Virus record (IMG/VR): IMGVR_UViG_3300026097_000876
Span: 1 to 64,000 of that record
Length of the DNA: 64,000 bases
Strand: one strand, 5' to 3'
In this document: in pieces, positions 44,246 to 54,371 of the stretch
Layout: each line of letters begins with the position of its first letter
Numbering within the stretch: position 1 is the first letter of the stretch
Program-made: the position numbers and the translations under genes
Notes under the pieces: generated by a model
Databases searched by the model: none
What the model saw: only the letters and a program-made list of their open reading frames with translations
What the model was told of the DNA's origin: nothing

Positions 44246-46627
44246 CTATCGTTCTATAGCTCTGTTCGCAGCACTAAATCCTGCTCTGTTAACTAATTTA
44301 ATATCGCCTTCGGGATGTGCTAGTACATAGCCTTCGCCGCCTGACTTTCCAGCTGTTTTTGCTTTAACGGTTCCTGGTCTGCTGTCTAAATCAGAAATAA
44401 TACTATCTTTAACTTTCATTATTCCTGATATAACTTCAAACAACGATGTCCATGCACTCATGTTCTGTTTAATATATTCGATAATCTTTTGTTTCTTACC
44501 TTGGCTGATGTCTTTTTTAGTATCTAACCATTTAATAAAGTCGCGCCCAAGATTATCAAGACCTGTGTCTACTTTGCTGTTCATATACTTATAAATGATT
44601 TTAGGAAAGTCTTTCATTTTCATTTGTGTAAGTTTGTTTACATCTAATAAACTATCAATATCAGCAGAGTCTTTTTTAATAATTTGTGCAAGTCTATTAA
44701 TTTCTGAATTATCAACTTGTGCAGGCTCTTCAATAGTCACAGGCGGTACCACTAATAAATCATTGCCTTGGAATATGTCTAAGTCTTTTAATGGCTGTTC
44801 ACTGCCGTCTGCATTTACCATTCTGTGTACAACTACACCGGCGGTTGATCTAGCAATCTTTTTACCTAGATCGCTTTCAACATCTATAGCATATTCAACA
44901 ATATTTGGTTTGAACACAAAGTTTTTATCTTGTACTGGCGGAGTATCATAGTATAACAGATCACCTTTGAAGTATCCTCTATACTCTTCAGGAACTGCCT
45001 TTTCAAACACACCGAATGCTTGTGCCATGTTGTTCGCAAATGCAATACGTTTAGGATCGTCTTTGTTTTTACCACCGCTTCGATTGAGAAGTTCTTGTTT
45101 AAGTGCTTCTGGATCAGTTGTTCTGCCAACTCCGCCTGACTTAATAAACCCTCCTTTGTCTGTGAATACAAATTCGCCATTATCATTTCGTCCAAAAACA
45201 ACCGCTGGTGATCCATCCCATTTTAGTGTTACATTGTTTTTGCCTTCTTGTGCCATATTACGTAAACTTTTTAAAGCTCTAAGTGCTCCTTGTGACCCTT
45301 GTAGATACACTAGGTCTTCTGCATGATCAATGCGAGCACCTTCTGTAAGTTGTATGCTTTCTGTAAATTTATTGTAAAATTTTAGACCGCGTTTTTTATC
45401 TATTGTTTTTATCTTGTCATTTTGAACGCTAGTCCAAATTTTTCTTTTGTCGTCATAGGTCCAAATGTTTTTTTGCTTGTCAACAAAAGAACTTCCTGAT
45501 TTAATATCTTTAGTGTCTTTGCTGTCGCTAGCTTTTCCTACTACTGGATCACTGGTAATGCCAGCTGTCTTTTTAACAGCATCAACTCCTTTTGATATTT
45601 TATCGCCAACTTGGCCCGGGATTGTTTTTGCTCCGCCTGCTTTTTTATATTCTCCTGGCATATCTTTTAATTCACCGCCTGGAGAAAATGTTGATCGGCC
45701 TGCTTTGTATCCTGCATATCCCGATTTTGCCGCGTCTCGCCCTATCATGTACGCCTTGCCAGCTGTTTTAGCGGCAAGTTTTCCTGCTCCTTTGATTGCT
45801 TTCCCTACAAACTCGTCTGTGCGTTTTCTCTCAGCTATTCTAATTCCTGCCCTAAGAGCATTAGTATGTTCGGGTACCAATTTACCCTGCTTTTCCATAT
45901 TCTCTTTCCAAGGAGCAATTAGTTCATCGTAGTTAGGATCACCTTTTAACTTTGCCAACATACTTTCAACAGTATGGGTATCTGGTTCTTTAGCACCTTT
46001 GCCCAATAGTATCTCTGCAATCTCATCCCAGTTGTCTGCAACAACAGCATCACCGTTGTTAGGATCAACTATGCCCTTTGTAGGACTAAACTTGTAACCT
46101 CTGCCTCTTGCGAGACTAGACAGTAGTACAGCTCTGTCTGCTCCAGTATAGTTTTCTGTGCCGCCACGCTTTGCACCTTTTTGTAGTGCAGGATTGTCTG
46201 TCAGCATAAAGTCTGTTTGTACAAAACCGTTTTTAGGATTGCCTTTTATAGGTGTGCGGAAGTGTACTTGATTTCCAGCATCTTTGATCCATCCTGCTTC
46301 GAAGGTCCTGCCCTTATTCATAATCTCTAAATCAGGGATGCCTTGCTTTTGACACCACGCACTAAGTTTTGCTATTATTTCTTCTTTAGGCAATTCCCTA
46401 GTATCTGTGTTTAGATCTAAATCACCAGATGAGTTCTTTTTAAATGTTCCATCTGGATCTGTTTTTGTACCTGTAGTTCCTAGAAATTCTTTTTTAGTAA
46501 ACTTAAATCCGAATGTACTATTAAGCCAATCTATTGTTGGTTGTACATCAGCTGTAGCAATTCTTGATGCAATTAATTCCTTTTCAGGTTCTGTCTTAAA
46601 AACATTGCCGCTTTCTTTAAGAATCAT
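44246..46627 (-). CDS. Pol-beta-like nucleotidyltransferase fused to an ATP-dependent ligase-like (KxDG) domain
   Basis: SSGDLD...VQTDF; TLKWDGSP...FKGDLLY...GEGYVL...KLV. Confidence 0.65.
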   Translation of the reverse strand: MILKESGNVFKTEPEKELIASRIATADVQPTIDWLNSTFGFKFTKKEFLGTTGTKTDPDGTFKKNSSGDLDLNTDTRELPKEEIIAKLSAWCQKQGIPDLEIMNKGRTFEAGWIKDAGNQVHFRTPIKGNPKNGFVQTDFMLTDNPALQKGAKRGGTENYTGADRAVLLSSLARGRGYKFSPTKGIVDPNNGDAVVADNWDEIAEILLGKGAKEPDTHTVESMLAKLKGDPNYDELIAPWKENMEKQGKLVPEHTNALRAGIRIAERKRTDEFVGKAIKGAGKLAAKTAGKAYMIGRDAAKSGYAGYKAGRSTFSPGGELKDMPGEYKKAGGAKTIPGQVGDKISKGVDAVKKTAGITSDPVVGKASDSKDTKDIKSGSSFVDKQKNIWTYDDKRKIWTSVQNDKIKTIDKKRGLKFYNKFTESIQLTEGARIDHAEDLVYLQGSQGALRALKSLRNMAQEGKNNVTLKWDGSPAVVFGRNDNGEFVFTDKGGFIKSGGVGRTTDPEALKQELLNRSGGKNKDDPKRIAFANNMAQAFGVFEKAVPEEYRGYFKGDLLYYDTPPVQDKNFVFKPNIVEYAIDVESDLGKKIARSTAGVVVHRMVNADGSEQPLKDLDIFQGNDLLVVPPVTIEEPAQVDNSEINRLAQIIKKDSADIDSLLDVNKLTQMKMKDFPKIIYKYMNSKVDTGLDNLGRDFIKWLDTKKDISQGKKQKIIEYIKQNMSAWTSLFEVISGIMKVKDSIISDLDSRPGTVKAKTAGKSGGEGYVLAHPEGDIKLVNRAGFSAANRAIER

Positions 46628-46877
46628 TTTTCTTTGCCTCGTTTATTTTATTAATGCCACGCTTAAACTTGCGAGGATCGGAACTTTTAACACTATTAAT
46701 AAACCGTCTTTCTAATTCTAGTGCTTCCTCCGGATCATAATGGTCGGAAATCTTTTCAAATAGATTGATAACACTTTCAATTAAATTTTGACCAGTTGTC
46801 TCGATAAGATGTGCATTATCGCGATTCAAATTTAAATTGTTTAGCTCTTCTAATATCGATCGAGTATGTTTTTTCAT
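46617..46877 (-). CDS. Hypothetical protein
   Basis: Downstream of a CTAAATA late promoter. Confidence 0.6.
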   Translation of the reverse strand: MKKHTRSILEELNNLNLNRDNAHLIETTGQNLIESVINLFEKISDHYDPEEALELERRFINSVKSSDPRKFKRGINKINEAKKNDS

Positions 46878-46946
46878 TTATTACGGCTCCGTAATGTATT
46901 TAGCGTAGTGTTACGGTAAATATGCATATAGATGAAGGAGGGCATC

Positions 46947-47708
46947 ATGTCTATTATTAACCTTACTCTCGCTCAGAGAGGACTGTTGTTTGCTAAACTT
47001 GCTAGTATTGCGTATTTTAATGCTAAAGAAGCAAAAAGTCAAGCAAAAAAATTAGGATTTACTACAGTAGAGTTTTATGATAAAGCAGGGGCACAGGCTT
47101 ATCGCTTTATGAACAAAGTCGATCTTGTTATTATTTGTCGCGGTACGGAGCCAACAGAATGGAATGACATCAAAGCAGACCTAGACGCTGTACCTGTAAT
47201 GGCAGAGACTGTTAGTCGTGTACACAGAGGTTTCAAAGCAGAAGTTGACGAGCTATGGCCAATGGTTATGGAAGATGTTCAAAGAGAAGGTGACGAACGA
47301 GATGTTTGGTTCTGTGGGCACAGTCTAGGAGCAGCAATGACTACTATTATGGCAAGTCGTTGTTTCCACGATCCAGACTTACCAAATCCTGTGGAAGTAC
47401 ACACCTATGGTTCGCCTCGTGTAGGATGGCCAGGATATGTTAAGGGGTTAGGCATGACACATCATCGTTGGGTAAACAACAATGATATCGTAACCAAAGT
47501 TCCAATGGCTATCATGGGTTATCGTCATCACGGTATCGAACATTACATTGATTCAGAAGGTGATGTTGATCAAGAAAAGGGCTTTGCTCGCTTCTGGGAT
47601 GGCTTCCAAGGGTTCTGGAGAGGACTTGTTTCAGGTAAGGTTGATCAAATCGACGATCACAATATGAGTAACTATATTGCTCACTTGGAGCGTTTTGCTA
47701 ACAAGTAA
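46947..47708 (+). CDS. Class 3 lipase (alpha/beta hydrolase)
   Basis: CRGTE, VHRGF, GHSLGAA, YGSPRVG, DIVTKVP, DDHNM. Confidence 0.9.
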   Translation: MSIINLTLAQRGLLFAKLASIAYFNAKEAKSQAKKLGFTTVEFYDKAGAQAYRFMNKVDLVIICRGTEPTEWNDIKADLDAVPVMAETVSRVHRGFKAEVDELWPMVMEDVQREGDERDVWFCGHSLGAAMTTIMASRCFHDPDLPNPVEVHTYGSPRVGWPGYVKGLGMTHHRWVNNNDIVTKVPMAIMGYRHHGIEHYIDSEGDVDQEKGFARFWDGFQGFWRGLVSGKVDQIDDHNMSNYIAHLERFANK

Positions 47709-47883
47709 CGAATGACCGTTGCCACTGACAGTATGCCTGCCCAACACAGATATACTGTCAGTCCACTTCCGCCTGTGAGTTCTAAGAGCTCAGTTCTACT
47801 AAAAAACGATCCTGCTACACCTAGGCTTACCAGCATAAAAGCAAATGCCACAGCCCAACAAATTAATAAGTTCAATAACAGTT

Positions 47884-48258
47884 TCAATCCAGTATCCCCT
47901 TAATAACAAAACTCGGACGCTCGTCGTATTCCTCTCTGAAGTATGGAGGTATCTTGATGTCACTGGAGAAATACCAATGACTGCCATTTGCAGGATCTCC
48001 CACACTCTTGTTGCTTATTCTGCACACACAGGGCAAATGAGTCCAACCCATTAGAGGCATCATATACACACGATGATTGCCACTGTCTAATCTTATGGTT
48101 CGTTCAATAATGTTTACCCAGATAATGATAGGATCCTTCACACCATTGCGATCCACGTCTCTACCCAGCTCAACCATGTCCAGTGCATCTACAGGTGTAG
48201 GAGGCATCGCGGCCCATTGTAATAGTTTTTTGATTGATATCTGCTCAATTACATCCAT
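47884..48258 (-). CDS. ParB/Srx N-terminal-like domain protein
   Basis: NGVKDPII...LDSGNHRV. Confidence 0.6.
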   Translation of the reverse strand: MDVIEQISIKKLLQWAAMPPTPVDALDMVELGRDVDRNGVKDPIIIWVNIIERTIRLDSGNHRVYMMPLMGWTHLPCVCRISNKSVGDPANGSHWYFSSDIKIPPYFREEYDERPSFVIKGILD

Positions 48259-48259
48259 G

Positions 48260-48973
48260 TCAGTCCCAGTATTTGTCTCCGTCTATGTTGTCCCAGTATT
48301 CTTCGTTGTTGCGATTCCAAAAGTTCTTTATCAAATACCATGCCATGCCAAAGTATCCCATCTTCTGAAAACGTCTGCTGTCCTGTCCGAAGTGATGATT
48401 AATTAACTTGAACTTTTCTGGCTTGTACTGCTTGCTTAGGAAGAAATCTTCGGAAGTAACATAACGGCAAGGAAAGCCTCCCAGTTCTTCAAAGCGGTCT
48501 CTGCGTGTGAGCATGAACGCACCCACCGCAAACGGCACTGAATACTGCATGAAGCTGTTGACGATGTTGAACAGGGTAAATCCTATTCTTGCTCGAATGT
48601 CTCCGTCATAGCATTTGATATACATGCCCAGCAAATCCAAGTCGTGCGACTCAAAGATGCACACACTGTCTGCTATTTCTGTGTGGGTAAAGAAACGCAC
48701 GTCAGCATCTATGAACAGGATGTATGGTGTTGTCGCATGCTTTGCACCATTGTTCTTGGCTTCTGAAACAGGTCCGCCTTCAACCACTTTGATGTTGAGT
48801 TTGTGCTGTTTCTGTTTGCGTTCGATAACCTTGCGAGTGTCATCGTCACTGGCATCTGCTATAATGATTTGAGTGTCGGCTACCTGCTTTGCTAGATCGT
48901 CAAGTAGATGTCCAATATAGTCCTCCTCGTTCTTAGAGGGTATGACTATGGTTATCTTGTTCTTCAATGTCAT
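48260..48973 (-). CDS. Glycosyltransferase family 2
   Basis: IVIPSKNEE, IIIADASDD, YILFIDAD, SEDF. Confidence 0.9.
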   Translation of the reverse strand: MTLKNKITIVIPSKNEEDYIGHLLDDLAKQVADTQIIIADASDDDTRKVIERKQKQHKLNIKVVEGGPVSEAKNNGAKHATTPYILFIDADVRFFTHTEIADSVCIFESHDLDLLGMYIKCYDGDIRARIGFTLFNIVNSFMQYSVPFAVGAFMLTRRDRFEELGGFPCRYVTSEDFFLSKQYKPEKFKLINHHFGQDSRRFQKMGYFGMAWYLIKNFWNRNNEEYWDNIDGDKYWD

Positions 48974-49730
48974 CCGGTTTTCCATCGTTGTTGTATTCGT
49001 AAAACAGTATTTCCCAGCGTCCGTCGGTGTGTTCTAACAGAGCTGAACAGCTCTCGACCCAGTCGCCATCGTTCATGTATTCTATGCCGTTTATTTCTTT
49101 TATCTCTGCTGTGTGAATATGTCCACAGATAGCACCATCGTAGCCTTTCTTATAACAATAGTCTGCGACGTGCTCTTCGAATGAGTTGATGTAGTTCACA
49201 GCACCCTTAGTTTTTGATTTGAGAAACTTGCTTAGGCTCCAGTAAGGCATGCCAATCCAGCCGCGAACTGTGTTGAAGTGTGTGTTAAACCATATCAGTG
49301 TGTTGTATGCCGCATCGCCCAAATGCATTATCCACTTCTTGTTTGGCATCATCAAGCCATCAAACATGTCGCCATGAACAACCAAATACTTCTTGCCGTT
49401 CACCGCACGATAATCATAACGGTTTAGTATTCGAATGCGTCCTATGTCGATGTCGTATGACAGGAACTTGCGGATAACTTCATCGTGATTGCCCAGTATG
49501 TAATACACTTTGGTATCACGCTTGGCTGCTGTGAATATGCGTCTAATAACATTGGCGTGGCTTTGTGGGAAATACCAGCGTTTCCTCAGTCGCCAGCCGT
49601 CTATGATATCGCCAACTAGGAATAAGTTATCACAGGTGTTTTCTTTTAGAAAGGCACAAAGAGCATCGGCTTGGCAACCACGAGTGCCTAAATGTATGTC
49701 TGAGATGAAGATGCTCTTATAATGAGCCAT
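48933..49730 (-). CDS. PlcP/LpxH2-type metallophosphoesterase (putative phospholipase C)
   Basis: FISDIHLG, LVGDIIDGWRL..RWYFPQSH, GNHDE, HGDMFD, CGHIH, NDGDWVESCSAL. Confidence 0.8.
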   Translation of the reverse strand: MAHYKSIFISDIHLGTRGCQADALCAFLKENTCDNLFLVGDIIDGWRLRKRWYFPQSHANVIRRIFTAAKRDTKVYYILGNHDEVIRKFLSYDIDIGRIRILNRYDYRAVNGKKYLVVHGDMFDGLMMPNKKWIMHLGDAAYNTLIWFNTHFNTVRGWIGMPYWSLSKFLKSKTKGAVNYINSFEEHVADYCYKKGYDGAICGHIHTAEIKEINGIEYMNDGDWVESCSALLEHTDGRWEILFYEYNNDGKPDDIEEQDNHSHTL

Positions 49731-50122
49731 AGCGTGTGTCCTTCTGCTTACGTATTTATAAGCAGAAAGACTACACCTTTGTTACAATGATTAGAAACCG
49801 TCGGCTAATGTCCACTTGGGATTAAAAGACTTGCCTTTCGCTTTACGGTCTAAGATTTTGGCTAGTTCTAGCTCACGCAGTTTGCGTATCATCTTGCCGT
49901 CGTGGGAAAGAGAAGCCGAATACATTTCTTTTAATAGTTTTGATTGTTTCATGTGCTTTCTCCTTTCTTACTACATATATAGTATATATGCAAATTGTAC
50001 GACTTTTAAATGGTTAGTTTATTCTTTGTATAAATACCGAGGCAAGATACGTTCTCGACCTGACAACTTGGTAAGACAAGTCGCGCTCGCGATAAAAAGC
50101 ATCATTACGATAGGAGACTAAA

Positions 50123-50293
50123 ATGATCAAGATGGCAGAAATGCTTGGTCGTGTAATGATGACTGCGGTCAATCAGCCACGCACCAAGAACAAAGAAGAA
50201 GACCTTTGGAGATACGCAGAAATAGAATATAAGAAAGATGCACTCTTTGCTTATAACAGTTTGATGTCAAGTCGAAAGCCAACAAAACATTAA
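50123..50293 (+). CDS. 56-aa small protein (missing from ORF track)
   Basis: TATAAATA late promoter at ~50029, AGGAG RBS, followed by a terminator. Confidence 0.6.
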   Translation: MIKMAEMLGRVMMTAVNQPRTKNKEEDLWRYAEIEYKKDALFAYNSLMSSRKPTKH

Positions 50294-50299
50294 ACAAGA

Positions 50300-50325
50300 A
50301 AGCATCCCTTAGGGGGTGCTTTTTT
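50300..50325 (+). terminator. Intrinsic terminator
   Basis: AAGCATCCC-TTAG-GGGGTGCTT followed by T run. Confidence 0.75.
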
Positions 50326-50565
50326 ATGCCTTAGAAATTCTAATGACACCCATGCAAAAATAACATGTACGGTATGCACAAATAACAGTTGATTTTTGTC
50401 AACCTTTAAACTATAGTAGTATAAATAAACATGTTGCACAGCAACAAAGCGTCTTCAGCTTGTAAAAAATGAAGGGCATGTCCTATGCCATAAAAAGGTG
50501 ACGCCGGAAGAGACCGGGGTACGTGACGAACCTTAGAAGCACACACACATACAAAGGAAAATAAA

Positions 50566-50814
50566 ATGACTAATATAACAATGGCGGCTGACACAATCGG
50601 CTTACCAGTTATTGCAAACTGGTTCAAAAAACTAAACGCAAAAATGGCTCAGAGAGCAAAAATCCAAACTACAATCAATCAACTATCAGCACTAACCGAT
50701 CGCGAACTACGTGATTTAGGTATTAGCCGCGGTGACATCTATTCAGTTGCACACGGTACAGCCGATATCAAAGAAATTCGTGATGCGAATGCAAATTTGA
50801 AGGGGTGGGTGTAA
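50566..50814 (+). CDS. DUF1127 (YjiS-like) small protein
   Basis: QLSALTDRELRDLGISRGDI. Confidence 0.85.
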   Translation: MTNITMAADTIGLPVIANWFKKLNAKMAQRAKIQTTINQLSALTDRELRDLGISRGDIYSVAHGTADIKEIRDANANLKGWV

Positions 50815-51172
50815 TGGAAGTATCACTAGACGCAAAACGCAATGGTGTTGCATTCAGACGTGCAACTTTTAAAAACCCACTACCAAGTATCCTAAGAGGC
50901 ACAGGCAAAGTATTGCTTAGTGTGCTTATGGGCATTGTCGCATTTGGTGAGTCAGCAGGTAGAGCAAGAGCGGCGGCGGAATTGTCACGTCAGGGCTATC
51001 ACGAAGAAGCAAGAAACTTGATGCTGCGCAAGGATGAAGTATAATGTGGGAACGTTTTATCAAAGCAATGGAATATCGTGCCTACTGTAAAACTATTCTG
51101 CAACTACGTGCGCTTGGACACTACAAAGAAGCACAGCGTATAGCAGATTATAAACACGCATTATATTCTTAA
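50814..51172 (+). CDS. Two DUF1127-like peptides (50814-51044 and 51044-51172)
   Basis: RAAAELSRQGYHEEA and QLRALGHYKEA motifs; TAATG-coupled junctions. Confidence 0.6.
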
Positions 51173-51284
51173 AAACAAAAAAGCGCCAAAAATATAATAG
51201 GCGCTTTTTTCTTGACATAAATAAAAGACTACGTTATATTAATAATGTAGTACACACTACACACAGACACATAGGAGAAATACA

Positions 51285-51611
51285 ATGTCAAAAGTAGAAA
51301 CAACCTACGGGGAAACTATCCTCAAGCAAACGCAAGAACTTGCAGACATGTTCAAGCAGGCAATGCCAAAAGTAAGCACAAATAAAAACGGTTACGAAAT
51401 CCGCACACAAGTATTAGAAATGGCCAAGGACAATGTCTGGAGCGATTATCATGCTAAGTTTGCAGGATGGGAACAGACTGTAACACGTGATCCAGAAACT
51501 GGAGAAGTAGTACAAACTGTTACACTTCCAGAGATTCCTGGAGTGGATCAAGTACTAGAAGCCGCGGACAAGTTCTACGACTTCGTTAACGGTACTACCA
51601 ATAAGAAATAA
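51285..51611 (+). CDS. Conserved phage hypothetical protein
   Basis: KNGYEIRTQVLEMAK; TTGACA/TATATT promoter at ~51212-51240; terminator at ~51686-51722. Confidence 0.65.
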   Translation: MSKVETTYGETILKQTQELADMFKQAMPKVSTNKNGYEIRTQVLEMAKDNVWSDYHAKFAGWEQTVTRDPETGEVVQTVTLPEIPGVDQVLEAADKFYDFVNGTTNKK

Positions 51612-51726
51612 ATAATATTACAAAGAAGTTAATATAACAATTTCACGGACATAGTCCATACAATAATAAGTACATTACACCAAGCAAGCCCTCGTTCTAG
51701 TATCACTAGTTCGGGGGCTTAATCTT

Positions 51727-53805
51727 TTATAGTGCTGTTTGATTGATGTCGACTGCTACAGCCGATGTTGATGGACCAAATCCTGTTGCATCTTCTGCTT
51801 CAAATCTCAATCCTGTGTCAGTGAATGCATAGGCAACTTCTACATAATCGTCTGCGTCAAGAGTCAATGTAAATGCATAACTCAATGTAGTATAGATAAA
51901 GTTGTCAGTGGTTGATGTGCGTTTCATTGAACGAGGCACGTCTGTGCCATTCTTTCTTAGCCACACATGGAAAGTTTCGTCGCCTGTTTCGCCTGCTGAA
52001 TAACACTGGCATTGCACATTAATCGCATACAATCCACTTTGATCCACTACCATTCTACTTGCGGGTGTGCCTAGGCTGATACCACTTGTTTCTACGTAGG
52101 TGTCGTCTAATGCAACTACGTAGGCTGTGTTGGTGCTGTCGGCTGTGACGTTTGTAGTTCTTGCAAAGCGGCCATAGTTCATCTTCTGCTCAATGGTAGG
52201 ACGAACAAATATCTCACCTTCTGTGGCATCTACGTGTAGCACTGCCGCAACTGGAACAACATTGTTAGGTGCTGTGGGTTTGACATTAGTCAACGCACCT
52301 GCTGTTGTAGGGCTTACATACAGTATGTTGCCCACTGCCCAACTCTCGCCACCGCCTGTAGTGTCGATTCCACGAACTTTACCAAACACTGTGATGCGTC
52401 CGCTTTCGCCATCGCTTAATGTGTGAGTGGCAATGCCCAAACCGTATAGGCTTGGAAATGCTCCATCTGCTTCAAACGGTGCTACTTCTAGTCTGTAGCC
52501 ATCAGTGTCGTCTGCACCGTCAAATCTAACCACAGCACCGTTGGCTATTTCACTGCCTGTGTTGTTGATTACATAAGCATACTGTTCTTGTCCAACCTGC
52601 TGAACAACGCCGTCTGCGTGATGTATGTTCAGTGTGCCATCTTCTGCACTCCAGCATACTGTGCCTTCATCAGTGTGATCGTCAACGTGTGAGGTATCAA
52701 AGGTAATAAAGGTTGCGTTAGATACGCCTGCGTCTGTTCTATTTAGAGTAATACCCGTTTCGTCTACGGTAACAACAGTGTCAGTGGCAATCGTCCCATT
52801 AGGCACTGTGTAAAACTCTAGTCTACTGCCTCGTGCTGTGGCTGTATAGTTTTCGTTGGCGACGATTCTTAGTCCGCCTACGCCTAGTCCGCCGAAGCCA
52901 TTGCTGGCCCAACCTGCGGCTGTGACATTGCCCAGTATGTCATCGTCTTGAACTGCGGTAGTAGAAGCATTGGTTCCTCTACCTGTTCTAAATACCAGTT
53001 CACCACCTGTGATGCTTCTGTCTGTGTCTATGCCATAGGTGTCTATCACCAATATGGCTGTTCTGTCATCTCTGCCTGTGAACTGTGCCACACTGCCAGT
53101 GACTACTGCTGGGGTTTTAGTTAGTCCTGCACCGTTGATAGTGACATTTAACGGTGCTGATAATCCCAGGTCCTCTGAGTTTGATATGTTCAGTGTAGTA
53201 GTCGAAGTGTCTCCATCTGCGTTGACGGCAAACACTGGATCTCTATCACCTATGCTACCGTTGGTAGGAAATACATTAAACTCGCCTACAACACTCACAC
53301 TGCCTGTGCCGTTGGCACGAATGACAATAGGCTCGTTTACATTAGTGCTTGATAGTACTGCGGAGGTAGTTGAGTCTACACCTGGCTCTATTGTGGCACT
53401 GAAGTTGCCGAATGTAAAGTCTAGTCCTTCTGAATCAATAACCAGTTGGTTGTTTGCGTTTAGTGTAACGCCGGGACCTAATCTAATACCACCTAAGGCA
53501 TCGGTTGTGGCAGGGTCAAGTGTGAGATTGTTGCTTCCGTCAAATGTGATTCCGTCACCGTCTTTTACTGCGAGAATGCCTAAACTATCAACTTCTAAAC
53601 CTTGTCCTGGCTGAACTCGTCCTGGGCTAGATGCTGTTGCTAGTGCTGTGGAACTGAATGGTGTGCCTCCTGGAGTAACGCCATCTGATATTCTTAAACC
53701 TGTGATACCAGCATCGTCATAAAACAATCTACCAGCGTGACCTACATAGTCATTAACTGTAACTGCTGCTGAGTTTCTACTTAGGAAGAAGTCATAGACT
53801 GCCAT
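51727..53805 (-). CDS. Tail fibre/spike-like virion protein with C1q/BclA-like C-terminus
   Basis: LRISDGVTPGG N-terminal motif; Gly/Thr-rich beta repeats; GLYAINVQ...WLRKNGTDV. Confidence 0.7.
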   Translation of the reverse strand: MAVYDFFLSRNSAAVTVNDYVGHAGRLFYDDAGITGLRISDGVTPGGTPFSSTALATASSPGRVQPGQGLEVDSLGILAVKDGDGITFDGSNNLTLDPATTDALGGIRLGPGVTLNANNQLVIDSEGLDFTFGNFSATIEPGVDSTTSAVLSSTNVNEPIVIRANGTGSVSVVGEFNVFPTNGSIGDRDPVFAVNADGDTSTTTLNISNSEDLGLSAPLNVTINGAGLTKTPAVVTGSVAQFTGRDDRTAILVIDTYGIDTDRSITGGELVFRTGRGTNASTTAVQDDDILGNVTAAGWASNGFGGLGVGGLRIVANENYTATARGSRLEFYTVPNGTIATDTVVTVDETGITLNRTDAGVSNATFITFDTSHVDDHTDEGTVCWSAEDGTLNIHHADGVVQQVGQEQYAYVINNTGSEIANGAVVRFDGADDTDGYRLEVAPFEADGAFPSLYGLGIATHTLSDGESGRITVFGKVRGIDTTGGGESWAVGNILYVSPTTAGALTNVKPTAPNNVVPVAAVLHVDATEGEIFVRPTIEQKMNYGRFARTTNVTADSTNTAYVVALDDTYVETSGISLGTPASRMVVDQSGLYAINVQCQCYSAGETGDETFHVWLRKNGTDVPRSMKRTSTTDNFIYTTLSYAFTLTLDADDYVEVAYAFTDTGLRFEAEDATGFGPSTSAVAVDINQTAL

Positions 53806-53808
53806 TGA

Positions 53809-54371
53809 TTATTCCAGTGGGTCGTCGTCGCTGGCAATGTGAACCACCGCTGGGTTTACACCTGCCATTTTTCTAATATCGTTAAGCTCATTGTCGTCAG
53901 AACCACATGCTGACTCGTCATCGTATTGTGAATCGACACCAACACCTTTTTTCAATAGTTCTAGTTTCTGTTGATTAGGTGTCATCATTGTGGGTTCGTC
54001 GCTTGGTTCTGCATTGTTTGGTGATAAGACAGCAGCATCTGGACTATCAATTGTGTCTAATTTATCTGCTAATTGTCTTAATAATTCTGCTACTGTCATA
54101 ATATAAAGATCCTTTTGAATATTTAGTCGTCTGCGTAGTCTATTTCGCCATTGTCCGGAAACTCTGGCGGCACTGAGCTATCTTCTAGTCCTTGCCTGTA
54201 ATCTTGAACATAGTTTGCCCAAGCTAGTTTAGCGGCGGCTCTTGCTGCTTTTGTTGCCACGCCATTGCCTGTGTCAGTACTGTCTGTGGCGTGAGCAATA
54301 CCGTTAGGATCGTGTGGATCTGTAGGACGGGTTAGTGCTAGTTGATTTGCACCTAGTGTGTCTAATGCCAT
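53809..54371 (-). CDS. Two small late hypothetical proteins (53809-54099, 54123-54371)
   Basis: TAAATA-type late promoters upstream of each. Confidence 0.55.

Noticed and set aside
51727-53805. Diversity-generating retroelement target in the fibre gene
   Set aside because: No reverse transcriptase or TR/VR repeat pair seen in the window
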